The notes under the pieces are model-generated. The model was not told the origin of the DNA. It saw only the letters and a program-made list of their open reading frames with translations, and made no database searches. Source: Myxococcota bacterium (GTDB taxonomy: Bacteria; Myxococcota; XYA12-FULL-58-9; JALHOP01). From it: DNA of 64,000 bases. Shown in pieces: positions 29,419 through 39,088 of the stretch (within the stretch, counting starts at the first letter, position 1; the number at the start of each line of letters is the position of its first letter). Position numbers and translations under genes: made by a program. Location: positions 73,288 through 137,287 of the forward strand of contig JBGGMJ010000188.1 in NCBI GenBank assembly GCA_041288095.1, read 5' to 3'.

Positions 29419-30797
29419 AGGATGCTCACCAGGTACTGTTTGATCTGCTCACGCACTTGAGGGTTCGGTGCTGCCGCAAGCGAGCGCTCCCACATTTCTA
29501 CAGCCTTATTGCGAAAGCCACGCGCTTGATAGAGCAACGCCAAATTCTTGGTTGCTGCGAACAACTTCGGGTCGAGCTCGACGGCCCGTTCGTAGTGATA
29601 CACGGCCTGGAAGACCTTCTGGTCCTGCTCGAGGGTCCGGCCAAGCATGAACTGAATTTTGGCCGAGAATGGCTCGGCGGCTTCGGCCAAGCGCAGCTCG
29701 TCGAGAGCGGCGCGGTAGTCTTTGCCTTGGTAGGCCTCGACGCCGGCGGCGTAGTGGGCAAGGGCCTCGGCACCCAGATCATCGCCCGCCGTGGCGGCTG
29801 ATTTGCCCGTGGCCAACAGCTCCTCGGCGACGCGTCGGAGCTCGCTGATGCGGAAGGGCTTCTCGAGGAATGCGTCGGCCTTGTAGGTCGCCTTGATGTC
29901 CTCGGCGATGCGCCAGCCGCGATAGATGGCGGAGATCATCAGCACCGGGGTGCCGCCGAAGCGCTTGCTCTCCTTGATCTTGCGACAGATCTCGAAGCCG
30001 TGGACCTCGGGCAACATGGCGTCGAGCACGACGAGGTCGGGTTTCACGGTCTTGATGAGCTGGAGTGCCTCGATGCCGCGGGCCGAGGCGGTGACGTCAC
30101 CTCCGAGCGCGCGCAAGGTGTCGACCAGGAGTCGCTGAATGTCCGGATCGTCCTCGACGACGAGAATGCGCTTACCGGAGGCGACCTTGCCGGGGGCGCC
30201 AGGCAGAGGTGCCGGGGCGGACGCCTCGGTTTCGACGATGTCGCCGGCCTCGGCTTCGAGCACGTCGTCGACCTCGACGATGGCCAGTGGCTCGGCGGCC
30301 AGGGGAGTGACGACGGGGAGCGGCTCATTCGGGTTGCGCGCCAGCGGCCCTTTGTAGGCGACCGCCGGGTTGCGGTAGGCCGCCGTCACGACTTCCTTGA
30401 TGCGCATCTGGAGCGCCACGTACGCGATAACGGACAAGCCGGTGACGAATGTCACCTCGTCGCGCACCCGTTGATCGTTGGGCGCCGTCATCGCCACCAC
30501 GAGACTCGGGCCTTCGACGCGGATCGGCACGATGCCCTCGCGCTGGGCGACCGAGAGTGGAATGCGTTGCAGCACTCCGGGTTGGATGGTGACGCGCGTG
30601 AGGTCGATACCAGGGACGCCGAGGTGGGTCGCCAAAGCGGACAGTGCCGTCTGTTCGTCGATGAGCGCGCCGCGCACCGCGGCCGACAAGAAGTTCAGGC
30701 CGGTACCGGCGCGAGACGACTCAATGACGTCGGCCGTCGCCGCATCAATGAGGCCGTGGGCGACCATGAGATCACCTATCCGCGGACGGTCCGGCAT
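29415..30797 (-). CDS. MshEN/GspE-N + receiver + TPR response regulator
   Basis: RIGDLMVAHGLI; ILVVEDD..LDAMLP..ISA..KPF; C-terminal TPRs. Confidence 0.85.
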   Translation of the reverse strand: MPDRPRIGDLMVAHGLIDAATADVIESSRAGTGLNFLSAAVRGALIDEQTALSALATHLGVPGIDLTRVTIQPGVLQRIPLSVAQREGIVPIRVEGPSLVVAMTAPNDQRVRDEVTFVTGLSVIAYVALQMRIKEVVTAAYRNPAVAYKGPLARNPNEPLPVVTPLAAEPLAIVEVDDVLEAEAGDIVETEASAPAPLPGAPGKVASGKRILVVEDDPDIQRLLVDTLRALGGDVTASARGIEALQLIKTVKPDLVVLDAMLPEVHGFEICRKIKESKRFGGTPVLMISAIYRGWRIAEDIKATYKADAFLEKPFRISELRRVAEELLATGKSAATAGDDLGAEALAHYAAGVEAYQGKDYRAALDELRLAEAAEPFSAKIQFMLGRTLEQDQKVFQAVYHYERAVELDPKLFAATKNLALLYQARGFRNKAVEMWERSLAAAPNPQVREQIKQYLVSIL

Positions 30798-30902
30798 GAC
30801 GATGGCACGATAGTAGCCCTGCCATATCGCTCGAGCAAGAAACGCAGCCGTGCGGGGCGCGCGAACAAGATGTAGAGGCGGGGCGACTGAAAGGACCCGG
30901 CG

Positions 30903-31523
30903 TCAGAAGGGAATGTCGCGTGGATCCGGGAGCTTGAAGGGCTCCCCCGGCGTTCCGGGGTCGTCCGGGACCGCGAAGGGGCCCTGCACGGTGGGGGCCG
31001 CGACGCGCGGCTGGAAGCTCGTGTACATGCCGTTGAGCTCGCCGGCGTATTGCTGAGCCTGTGGCTCGAAGCACTCGAAATAGAGCGAGTAGGCTTCGGT
31101 GCCGATGATCACGAAGATCTGCTCGATGAGACGCGGGTACTGCAGGTTGCCTTGGAACGCGTAGGTGGCGATCACCGAGGCGGCGGGTTGGCCGGCGAGA
31201 GCGACGTCGCGCTTCTGCATCACCTGGAAGCGTGGCAGTCGCGACAGGCGCTGGTCGATGGCGTTGAGCACCAGCTGGCGCGGGCGCGCTTCGGCCGGTA
31301 CCACGAACTTGCGCACGATGAGGGTCGCGTCGCCGCCGCGCAGGTTGTTCTTGAACTGGATGGCGTTCGGGTCCTTGTCGACCGTGTAGGGCGTCCAGCC
31401 GTAGGGGATGTTGATCTGGAAAAGCTGACCAGGGGCGACGAACGGCGTGGTCGACGGGGCACCGATGCCGTCGAGCTCACCCGGGGTCGAAATGAGGATG
31501 GCAAAAAGGGCTGCTGCAATCAT
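30903..31523 (-). CDS. Exported hypothetical protein (PsbP/DcrB-like fold)
   Basis: Signal peptide; FQINIPYGW; beta-rich body. Confidence 0.55.
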   Translation of the reverse strand: MIAAALFAILISTPGELDGIGAPSTTPFVAPGQLFQINIPYGWTPYTVDKDPNAIQFKNNLRGGDATLIVRKFVVPAEARPRQLVLNAIDQRLSRLPRFQVMQKRDVALAGQPAASVIATYAFQGNLQYPRLIEQIFVIIGTEAYSLYFECFEPQAQQYAGELNGMYTSFQPRVAAPTVQGPFAVPDDPGTPGEPFKLPDPRDIPF

Positions 31524-32284
31524 CGCCGTACTCGTTCGACCTCGCCGGCACGCACTTCCGTGATGCCCCTGTTAGTTTCAACGCACAGCTCGCCTCGGGC
31601 ATTCACACCCCGGGCCTTGCCTTCCAGCTGCGTTCCATCTGTCGCCGCCACCCGAACGTCACTGTCCTTCAAAGCATCGAGGTCTGCATAGATATCGGTA
31701 AGCTTCGAGAAACCATGAGCTTTCCACCGATCGTACCACGTGGCCAGCTCGTTCATCAGCACCTTGGAAGTGTACACCACCGGGAGCTCGCCCGGCTCGG
31801 TGGCGCCTTCCCACGGCGGTTTTGCGACGTGATCGAGCAGGCCGGCGTAGATGCCGGCGATCTCGGGGTGCAAGGACCGCTCGGCGGCGCGGGTTAGGTT
31901 CAGGCCGATGCCCACGAAGACCGTGGCGCCGTCGCTCTCGAGCAGGATGCCGGCCAATTTCCTATCGCCGATCAACACGTCGTTGGGCCATTTGAGCCGC
32001 GCCGCGGCCGCGCCCATCGCCTGTACGCTCTTGCAGACGGCGATGCCGGCGACGAGGGACAGCTCCGCGAAGGTGGCGATGCGCTCGGCCGGCGGGCGCA
32101 GAATCATGGTCATCCACACGCCGGTATCGGGCTCCGCGACCCAGGTGCGTCCGTGCCTGCCGCGGCCGCTGGTCTGCGCTCGGGCGAGGATGGTGGTGCC
32201 TTCGGGAGCACCGGCGTGGGCCTTCGCCTTCGCTTCGAGCATGGTGGTGGGCAGGGTCGTGTGGACGATGAGGCTCGGTTTCAT
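31520..32284 (-). CDS. birA: Biotin--[acetyl-CoA carboxylase] ligase, class I (no HTH)
   Basis: AQTSGRGRHGRTW, KWPNDV, KLAGILLE, GIGLN. Confidence 0.95.
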   Translation of the reverse strand: MKPSLIVHTTLPTTMLEAKAKAHAGAPEGTTILARAQTSGRGRHGRTWVAEPDTGVWMTMILRPPAERIATFAELSLVAGIAVCKSVQAMGAAAARLKWPNDVLIGDRKLAGILLESDGATVFVGIGLNLTRAAERSLHPEIAGIYAGLLDHVAKPPWEGATEPGELPVVYTSKVLMNELATWYDRWKAHGFSKLTDIYADLDALKDSDVRVAATDGTQLEGKARGVNARGELCVETNRGITEVRAGEVERVRR

Positions 32285-33132
32285 GGCATGTCGAGCCCGA
32301 GGTCGGCGGGAGTGACGGTGTGCGTGAGGGCCCCCATCGAGATGCGTTGTACACCCGTCGCCGCGAGCTCGGGGATGCGCTCGTAGGTGACGCCGCCCGA
32401 TACCTCGAGCTCGGCTTTGCCGCCTACCCTGGCGACCGCGGTTTGGATGTCCGCGAGCGAAAAGTTGTCGAGCAGGATGATGTCCGCTTTAGCGACTAAG
32501 GCTTCGTCGAGCTGAGCAAGGCTGTCGACCTCCACTTCGACGGGGAGCTTGCGCCAGGCGCGCGCCGCCGCGACGGCCTTGGTGATCGAGCCGGCCGCCG
32601 CGATGTGGTTGTCCTTGATGAGGACGGCGTCGAAGAGACCGATGCGGTGATTGCTGCCGCCGCCGATGCGAACGGCGAGCTTGTCGAGCTGGCGCCATGC
32701 CGGGAGCGTCTTGCGGGTGTCGTAGATGCGCGCCGTGCTGCCTGGCGGCACGAGGCTCGTGGCGCGATGGGCGTTGGCGGCGACGCCGCACAGCCGCATC
32801 AAGAAATTGAGCAGGGTGCGCTCGGCGGTGAGCAGCGCCCGCACGTCGCAGTCGATGGTGAAGATCGTGGAACCGGCGGGCACGGCCGTGCCTTCGTCGG
32901 CCAGCGCCGTCACTTCGGCATGCGGATCGAAGCGCCGCAGAATCGAGAGCGCCAGCGGGCCTCCGCACACCACGGTGGACGTGCGCGCCACGACCTTGGC
33001 TTGCACGCGTTGCGGTGCGCGAAAGATCGCCTGCGTGGTGACGTCACCGGCTCCGATGTCTTCCCGTAGCGCCAGGTCGACGAGCATCTGCACGTCGGCG
33101 TGATCGAGCGCGTCTTTCCACTCGGTGGTCAC
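32281..33132 (-). CDS. nadC: Quinolinate phosphoribosyltransferase
   Basis: ALREDIG, ERTLLNFL, DTRKTLP, HRIGLFDAVLIKDNH, EVEVD, LLDN, SGG. Confidence 0.96.
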   Translation of the reverse strand: MTTEWKDALDHADVQMLVDLALREDIGAGDVTTQAIFRAPQRVQAKVVARTSTVVCGGPLALSILRRFDPHAEVTALADEGTAVPAGSTIFTIDCDVRALLTAERTLLNFLMRLCGVAANAHRATSLVPPGSTARIYDTRKTLPAWRQLDKLAVRIGGGSNHRIGLFDAVLIKDNHIAAAGSITKAVAAARAWRKLPVEVEVDSLAQLDEALVAKADIILLDNFSLADIQTAVARVGGKAELEVSGGVTYERIPELAATGVQRISMGALTHTVTPADLGLDMP

Positions 33133-35060
33133 TGCGGTTTGTCGATGAGCGAAACTTCGACCGAGTGAACTTGTTGCGTGCGCGGGTGTTGCATGGTCAC
33201 TGACATGATGCCGTCCGCGTTCACTTTCAAGGTAACTGTCACCTTCGTCTTGGTGATGACGAGGCTCTGATCGGCGGTCATGCGCAGGGTGCCCAGGAAG
33301 GTGTTGCCGGCGGCGCTGTCGCTATCGCCACGGAAGAGCAAGGCCTTGTAGTCTGCTTTGGCGGACTGATCTGGCAGGATGTCGAACTTCGCCTCGGCGG
33401 GGAGCTTGGTACCGCGAGAAAGCAACACCTTGGTGCCGTCCGCGCCGTCGCCGATGCGAATGGCCGCCGCGAGGATGTCCTTCAGCTCGAGCGGTGACTT
33501 GGCGTACATGGCGTTGGCCACCAGGGCCGCGCCGAGCGCCACGGCTTCGTCGGGGTGGACGTTCTTGGCGGGCGGCTTGCCGAAACGTTCCTGGATGCGC
33601 CGGCGAACATGCGGGCTGCGCGACTGACCGCCGACCAAAATGACGTCGTCGAGCTGGCTCGCGGGGAGCTTCGCCTGATCGAGCACTGCTTGGACGATGC
33701 CCATGGTGCGGTCGACGAGATCTTCGGTGAGCGTCTCGAGGATGCTCCGCGATAGCGTCATTTTGAGATCGACCGCGCCCTTGTCCGTCTTCTTGATGAA
33801 CGGCAAGTCGATGCTCGCGGTCTCGACTTCGGAGAGCTGGCGCTTGGCGAGCTCGACGGCGAAGCGGATGCGCTGCACCGCCACTGGGCTGTCGCGAAGC
33901 ACCACTCCCTTCTCGCGCTCGTACGACATGAGCACGTATTCGGTGAGGCGGTCGTCGAAATCCGAGCCACCGAGGAACGGGTCGCCGTGGGTCGCCAGCA
34001 CCTCGAGCGTATCGCCGTCGATCTTGAGCAGGGTGGCGTCGAAGGTACCGCCGCCGAGATCGTAAACGAGCGCGGTCCGCTTCATACCGCGCCCGTTACC
34101 GTATGAGACCGCGGCCGCCGTGGGCTCGTTCAAGATGCGCTCGACGTGCAGGCCGGCGAGGCGTCCGGCTTCGCGGACAGCGCCGCGCTGGGTCTCGTCG
34201 AAGTACGCAGGGCAAGTGATGATGGCGCGCCGCACGGGGGTGTTGAGCTCTTGCTCGGCCATGTCGCGGAGGGTTTTCAAGATGTGAGCGGCGACGATCT
34301 CGAGGCGCACAACGACGTCACCCATGCGCGCCGCGGCGCGGCCATCCGGCCCTTCGGCGATCTCGTAGTTGAAGAAGTGGCCGAGCGACTGCACTTCCTT
34401 CGATTGGAAAGGGCGCCCGAGGAAGCGCTTCGAGCCGTAAACCGCGCGATGGGGCTCGAGGATCATGCGCTCGACCGCGGGATGTCCGACCAGGATGTTG
34501 CGATCGGTTCCAACGTACACCACCGAAGGAATGGTCTCGTAGCCGCGCTTGCTCTTGATGACGCGCGGCCGTCCGTCCTGAACGATGGCGACGCAGCTGT
34601 TCACCGTGCCGAGGTCGATACCGACGACGATGCCGTCCATGCGCGCGGGTGTCTTGTCGGGCGCCAAGGTGTCGATGCGGCTCACGGGCGCGCCGGGCGC
34701 CGTGGGCGGTGTTGCCGAGGGCGGCTGCTTTTGCTTGAGCAGCTGCGTGAGCTGGGTCGCCGTGGCGTCGAGCTCGATGAACTGCAAACCCATGCCGGCA
34801 TTGCGTTCGCCTGGCGTGGTCGCGGGACGTGAGTGGACGACGCGGGCGCTGATGCGCGCGAGCGGGGCGCCCCCGGGAAGCACGAACTCGACCAGCACGA
34901 CCTGGCCGATGGCCGGAGGCGCGTCCTCGCGGATGAACATGCCGCCCTGACTCAGGTTCGAGGCAAAACGTTCGATGATTTCGTTTTTGCCCTGAACGGC
35001 GATACGCACGTGCGAGCCGAACTGCTGCCGCGCGGCCCGGGGCGGAGTTCCGGTGCTCAC
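33129..35060 (-). CDS. PilZ (TIGR02266-type)-Hsp70/DnaK fusion lacking the C-terminal lid
   Basis: [58 protein letters not shown]; start GTG 35060 or 35066. Confidence 0.9.
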   Translation of the reverse strand: MSTGTPPRAARQQFGSHVRIAVQGKNEIIERFASNLSQGGMFIREDAPPAIGQVVLVEFVLPGGAPLARISARVVHSRPATTPGERNAGMGLQFIELDATATQLTQLLKQKQPPSATPPTAPGAPVSRIDTLAPDKTPARMDGIVVGIDLGTVNSCVAIVQDGRPRVIKSKRGYETIPSVVYVGTDRNILVGHPAVERMILEPHRAVYGSKRFLGRPFQSKEVQSLGHFFNYEIAEGPDGRAAARMGDVVVRLEIVAAHILKTLRDMAEQELNTPVRRAIITCPAYFDETQRGAVREAGRLAGLHVERILNEPTAAAVSYGNGRGMKRTALVYDLGGGTFDATLLKIDGDTLEVLATHGDPFLGGSDFDDRLTEYVLMSYEREKGVVLRDSPVAVQRIRFAVELAKRQLSEVETASIDLPFIKKTDKGAVDLKMTLSRSILETLTEDLVDRTMGIVQAVLDQAKLPASQLDDVILVGGQSRSPHVRRRIQERFGKPPAKNVHPDEAVALGAALVANAMYAKSPLELKDILAAAIRIGDGADGTKVLLSRGTKLPAEAKFDILPDQSAKADYKALLFRGDSDSAAGNTFLGTLRMTADQSLVITKTKVTVTLKVNADGIMSVTMQHPRTQQVHSVEVSLIDKPQ

Positions 35061-35202
35061 CGGCACACGTTACCATCGGTCGATGCCGCGCGCTTGGTTT
35101 GTGTGCTAACTTCAGGGCTCTAGGGGCGGCGCCACGTTACTTGTCGACATAGGTCTTTCGGCGTTCATCGGGAGCAGCATCGCCTGGCTCGCGCGTCGTA
35201 AT

Positions 35203-35730
35203 TTGGCGCAGAGCACCTTGGTGCGCGCCTCGTCGTTCTGGGCGCTGGTCATCTACGCCATCTTCGTTTCGGTGCCGGTCGCGACCCTGCTTTCGTACCG
35301 TTTTCCGATGTGGCGTGTGTGGAATCTCTTCGAGGCGCAGCCGCGCACCGCCATGATGCTCGGCGTCCTCGGTCCCATCGCCTTGTTCGCGGGCTATCTC
35401 GCCGCGCGCCGCGCCTTGCTCGCCGGTCGGGGAAAGACCGCCTGGTGGATCATCCTCGGGAGCGCGGTGCTCATCGCCACGAATGTGGTGCTGTTCCTCT
35501 TCGTCGACCGCTCCGGCCCAGTGCCACGTGAATCGGGACGTTCGCTCGGCCATCTGGCGATTGGCGGCCTTGCGGTTTGTGTCGCCGGCTACGTCCTCAT
35601 GATCTGGCGGGTCCTGCTGCTGGCGTCGAGCGAGCGTCCGGCGGCCAGCGTCACCCAGCTCCCGCCACCGGCCCGCGATGGGCGGACCAAGCCTATCGAG
35701 GCGGCACGCAAGAGCGGCGGCAAGCGTTGA
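35203..35730 (+). CDS. Hypothetical 4-TM membrane protein
   Basis: Four hydrophobic segments; start position uncertain. Confidence 0.6.
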   Translation: MAQSTLVRASSFWALVIYAIFVSVPVATLLSYRFPMWRVWNLFEAQPRTAMMLGVLGPIALFAGYLAARRALLAGRGKTAWWIILGSAVLIATNVVLFLFVDRSGPVPRESGRSLGHLAIGGLAVCVAGYVLMIWRVLLLASSERPAASVTQLPPPARDGRTKPIEAARKSGGKR

Positions 35731-35763
35731 TTGGTGGCCTGGGCCCGTGCTACCGCGAGCGGC

Positions 35764-36195
35764 ATGCACGTGCGTTTCCCGACGTCGCTTCTCCTGCTTC
35801 TCTTGGGCGCCGCGTGCAGCCCAATCAACGCCACCCGCGAGATTAGCGCCGCTCAGAGCGCGCTGACGGCGGCCAAGGACGCCGGCGCGAATCGCCTTGC
35901 GGTCTACGAGTACACCTCGGCGACCGAGTACCTGCACAAGGCCCGCGAAGAGGCCAACTACTCCGACTACGACGCCGCCCGTATCTACGCGGCGCATGCC
36001 CGTGAGCTCGCGCAAGAAGCTCGCGCTCGCGCCGACCGTGAGCGTGGCGCCGTCCCCGCCGAAAACGCGCACGAGATGGACCCGGTGCCCCCGCCTCCGG
36101 ACAGCCAAACGCCGCCCGAGAGCTCGACGTCCGCTTCAGTGGACGATGCATCGGCGAGCGACCAGCAGAAGAAGGCGCGCGGGAGAGCCAAGTGA
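35764..36195 (+). CDS. DUF4398-like lipoprotein
   Basis: Lipobox GAAC; AVYEYTSATEYLHKAREEA..DYDAA. Confidence 0.75.
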   Translation: MHVRFPTSLLLLLLGAACSPINATREISAAQSALTAAKDAGANRLAVYEYTSATEYLHKAREEANYSDYDAARIYAAHARELAQEARARADRERGAVPAENAHEMDPVPPPPDSQTPPESSTSASVDDASASDQQKKARGRAK

Positions 36196-37001
36196 AGCGC
36201 CTACTGCTGGTGCTCGCGCTCGCCGGGTGTGGCAACGCCGACACGTTGACCAAGGACAGCGTCGCCGTCGACGGCACCCTGAAAGATGCGCGGGCGCATG
36301 GCGCTTACGACTGCGCCCCGCAGGAGCTGGCTCGCGGCGAAGCCAACATCGAGTTCGCCCGCTACGAGCTCGAGCGCGGTGACCTGCAACGCGCGCAGAA
36401 ACACATCGCGGTGGCACGCGCCGAAGCCGACCGCGCCGCGCAACTCTCGGACAGTGAGCAATGCAACCGCGTCATCATCCCCGACGACCGCGACGGTGAT
36501 CGCCTGGCCGATGGCAAGGACAACTGTCCCGACGAGGCCGAGGACCGCGACGGCTTCCAGGACGACGACGGCTGTCCCGAGCGTGACAACGACGGTGACG
36601 CCATCGAAGACACGAAGGACAAGTGCCCGATGGAGGCCGGCGACGCGAACCACGGTGGCTGTCCCGCCGACGACCGCGACAACGACGGCATCAGCGACGC
36701 CGTCGATCAGTGCCCGGACATTCCCGAGGACAAGGACTACGTGTCCGATCATGACGGCTGCCCCGAGCAAGAGCGCGGCGACCGCGACACCGACGGCATC
36801 ACGGACACACTCGACCGCTGCCCCGGCGAGCCCGAGGATCGCGACGGCTTCCAGGACACCGATGGTTGCCCCGACCCCGACAACGACGGCGATACCGTGC
36901 TCGATATAGCGGACAAGTGCCCAATGGACGCCGGCCCACCCGCGAATGACGGCTGCCCAGCCGGCTCGAAACCGCGCCCGAAGAAGAAAGGCACGCGATG
37001 A
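36192..37001 (+). CDS. Lipoprotein: DUF4398-like domain + thrombospondin type-3-like Ca-binding repeats, no OmpA domain
   Basis: LAGC; CAPQELARGEA; five D-x-D-x-D-G...D-x-CP...GCP repeats. Confidence 0.8.
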   Translation: MKRLLLVLALAGCGNADTLTKDSVAVDGTLKDARAHGAYDCAPQELARGEANIEFARYELERGDLQRAQKHIAVARAEADRAAQLSDSEQCNRVIIPDDRDGDRLADGKDNCPDEAEDRDGFQDDDGCPERDNDGDAIEDTKDKCPMEAGDANHGGCPADDRDNDGISDAVDQCPDIPEDKDYVSDHDGCPEQERGDRDTDGITDTLDRCPGEPEDRDGFQDTDGCPDPDNDGDTVLDIADKCPMDAGPPANDGCPAGSKPRPKKKGTR

Positions 37002-37642
37002 ACAAGCTCACCAACTCGGCGCTCCAGGAGCGCCTGCTCGACGTATTTCTCTACCTGGGCTCCGAGTGGATTCTCTGGCTGCTCATGATGCTGTCGGTCA
37101 TCTCGATCGCCATCGCCATCGAGCGGCTTGCTCACTTCTTGCGCTCGACGGAAGACGTCGATCGCCTGCGTGCCCAGCTCGGTGACAAGCTCGCGACCGG
37201 CGGCATCGCCGATGTGCGCGCGCTCTTGGGTGGCAAGCGCTCGCACGTCGCCGCGGTGCTCAACGCCGGCCTCGACGCGCTCGATCGCGGGCCCGAAGCG
37301 GCCGAGCAGGTGTTCGCGAGCGCGACGCTCACGCAGCGGGTGAAGATGGAGCGCGGCCTCGCGTTCCTGGGCACGCTCGGCAACAACGCCCCTTACATCG
37401 GCTTGTTCGGCACGGTGCTCGGCATCATCCGCGCGTTCCGCGATCTAGCGACCAACACCATCGAGGGCTCGCAAGCGGTCATGGCGGGCATCGCCGAATC
37501 GCTGGTCGCTACCGCGGTGGGGCTGCTCGTCGCGCTACCGGCGGTCGCGGTGTTCAACGCGTTCCAGCGCAAGATCCGCACGCAGCTCGCAGGGTCCGAG
37601 GCTTTGAGCCGCATCCTCCTGTCGCGCGCCAAGCAGGGTTAG
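36998..37642 (+). CDS. exbB: ExbB/TolQ proton channel
   Basis: LGTLGNNAPYIGLFGTVLGII; IAESLVATAVGL. Confidence 0.9.
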   Translation: MNKLTNSALQERLLDVFLYLGSEWILWLLMMLSVISIAIAIERLAHFLRSTEDVDRLRAQLGDKLATGGIADVRALLGGKRSHVAAVLNAGLDALDRGPEAAEQVFASATLTQRVKMERGLAFLGTLGNNAPYIGLFGTVLGIIRAFRDLATNTIEGSQAVMAGIAESLVATAVGLLVALPAVAVFNAFQRKIRTQLAGSEALSRILLSRAKQG

Positions 37643-37644
37643 AC

Positions 37645-38076
37645 GTGGCCAAGAGCTTTTCCGGCGGCGACGACGAGATGATCACCGAGCTGAACGTGGT
37701 TCCGCTCGTCGACATCGTGCTGGTCGTCCTCATCATCTTCATGCTGACGGCGAACCTCATCGCGCGGCCGTCGATCAAGGTGAAGCTGCCCGAGGCATCG
37801 ACGGGAGAGGCCGCCGAGCCGACCACGGTTGCTTTGACGCTCACCAAGGAAGGCGCGCTGTATCTGAACGGCGCGCCCACGGACGAAGCGGGGCTGCGTG
37901 CCTACATCCCCGGTGTCGTCAAAGAGGACCCGGACGCCCAAGCCATCATCGCGGCCGACAAAGAAGTGCCGCACGGCGCGGTCATTCGTATCATCGACTT
38001 GATCCGGCAGCTCGGGCTCTTCAAGTTCGCTTTGAACATCGATCCCGCAGTCGCCGCCTCCGTCACCGTGCCATGA
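37645..38076 (+). CDS. exbD: ExbD/TolR
   Basis: ELNVVPLVDIVLVVLIIFM; ADKEVPHG. Confidence 0.92.
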   Translation: MAKSFSGGDDEMITELNVVPLVDIVLVVLIIFMLTANLIARPSIKVKLPEASTGEAAEPTTVALTLTKEGALYLNGAPTDEAGLRAYIPGVVKEDPDAQAIIAADKEVPHGAVIRIIDLIRQLGLFKFALNIDPAVAASVTVP

Positions 38077-38795
38077 AGATTTATGTGGTCACGATTGTGG
38101 TCTCGGTGCTCGCGCACTGGGCGCTCGTCGGTGGTCTGTCGAAGGCCGCCCGCGAGGCGCCCAAACCCGCGCGGGTGATCGAGATGGCGGTCGTGACTCC
38201 GCCGCCACCGGCACCAGAGGTCGTCCCCGAGCCGCCGAAGCCGGTGGAAGAAAAGGCGAAACGACCGCCGAAGCCGGTGGACGTGCCGGTCGCGGCGAAG
38301 CCCGAGGAGCCGCCGCCGGCGAACGAGCAGAAGCCCGCCGAAGAGCCGCCGCAGCCGGTTTTCGGGATCAGCATGAGCTCGACTGTGAGCGGAAACAGCG
38401 GGTTTTCGGTGCGTGTCGGTAACACGACGATGAAGGAGCCGGAAAAGGACCGCACCGATCCGAGGGACGTAAAGCCCTATGCCGGTGGCGCGCCAAACAT
38501 CGTGCCGGTGCATTCGCTCTCGCAGCCGCCGATGCCAAAAGGAGCCTGTCCACGCGAGTTTCCCCCTGCCGCCCGAGCCGCCGGGGTGAATGGCTCGATC
38601 AAGCTCGAGCTGCTCATTCTCGAAGACGGCACGGTGGGTGAAGCGCGCCCACTCAACGATCTCGGCTACGGCACCGCGGAAGCCGCCGTGCGCGCCATGA
38701 AGAAATGCGCCTTCACTCCGGGCAGCGACGGCAGCAAGCCGGTACGCACGTTGATCATCTACAAGTACACCTTCAACTACGAAGGCGATGACTGA
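38073..38795 (+). CDS. tonB: TonB energy transducer
   Basis: TM SVLAH (SxxxH-like), Pro-rich linker, FPPAARAAGVNG..FTPG. Confidence 0.88.
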   Translation: MKIYVVTIVVSVLAHWALVGGLSKAAREAPKPARVIEMAVVTPPPPAPEVVPEPPKPVEEKAKRPPKPVDVPVAAKPEEPPPANEQKPAEEPPQPVFGISMSSTVSGNSGFSVRVGNTTMKEPEKDRTDPRDVKPYAGGAPNIVPVHSLSQPPMPKGACPREFPPAARAAGVNGSIKLELLILEDGTVGEARPLNDLGYGTAEAAVRAMKKCAFTPGSDGSKPVRTLIIYKYTFNYEGDD

Positions 38796-38881
38796 GCGGG
38801 CTCGCGGCGCGAAGAAAAAAGTACGCGCGACCTTGATCTTCTTGGTTGAAACCGCGATCGCGCCTGCGTTACCTTCAATGC

Positions 38882-39088
38882 ATGGCGCTGCAAACCCACG
38901 TCGATGCCGGGAAGCTCGCGGAGCTCGTCCAGAAGGTTCGCGACATCGAGACGTCGACGGACTGCACAGGCCCTTGCCCGGACGCTAAAGCGGAGGCGCA
39001 CGAACAAGCACGTGCCCTCGGCATCATCCTGGTCGAGGCCGAGAACGAGAGTCTCGCGCGCCCGCCGCGTCTCCATCCGATGGCGTGA
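38882..39088 (+). CDS. Small hypothetical protein (68 aa, CxxxC)
   Basis: TACCTT 6 nt before ATG; stop overlaps the GTG of the next gene (GTGA). Confidence 0.55.
   Translation: MALQTHVDAGKLAELVQKVRDIETSTDCTGPCPDAKAEAHEQARALGIILVEAENESLARPPRLHPMA

Noticed and set aside
36480..36960. Periodic DNA repeats resembling a CRISPR array or VNTR
   Set aside because: They are degenerate coding repeats (TSP3-like DxDxDG..CP) with no constant repeat/spacer structure and no cas genes
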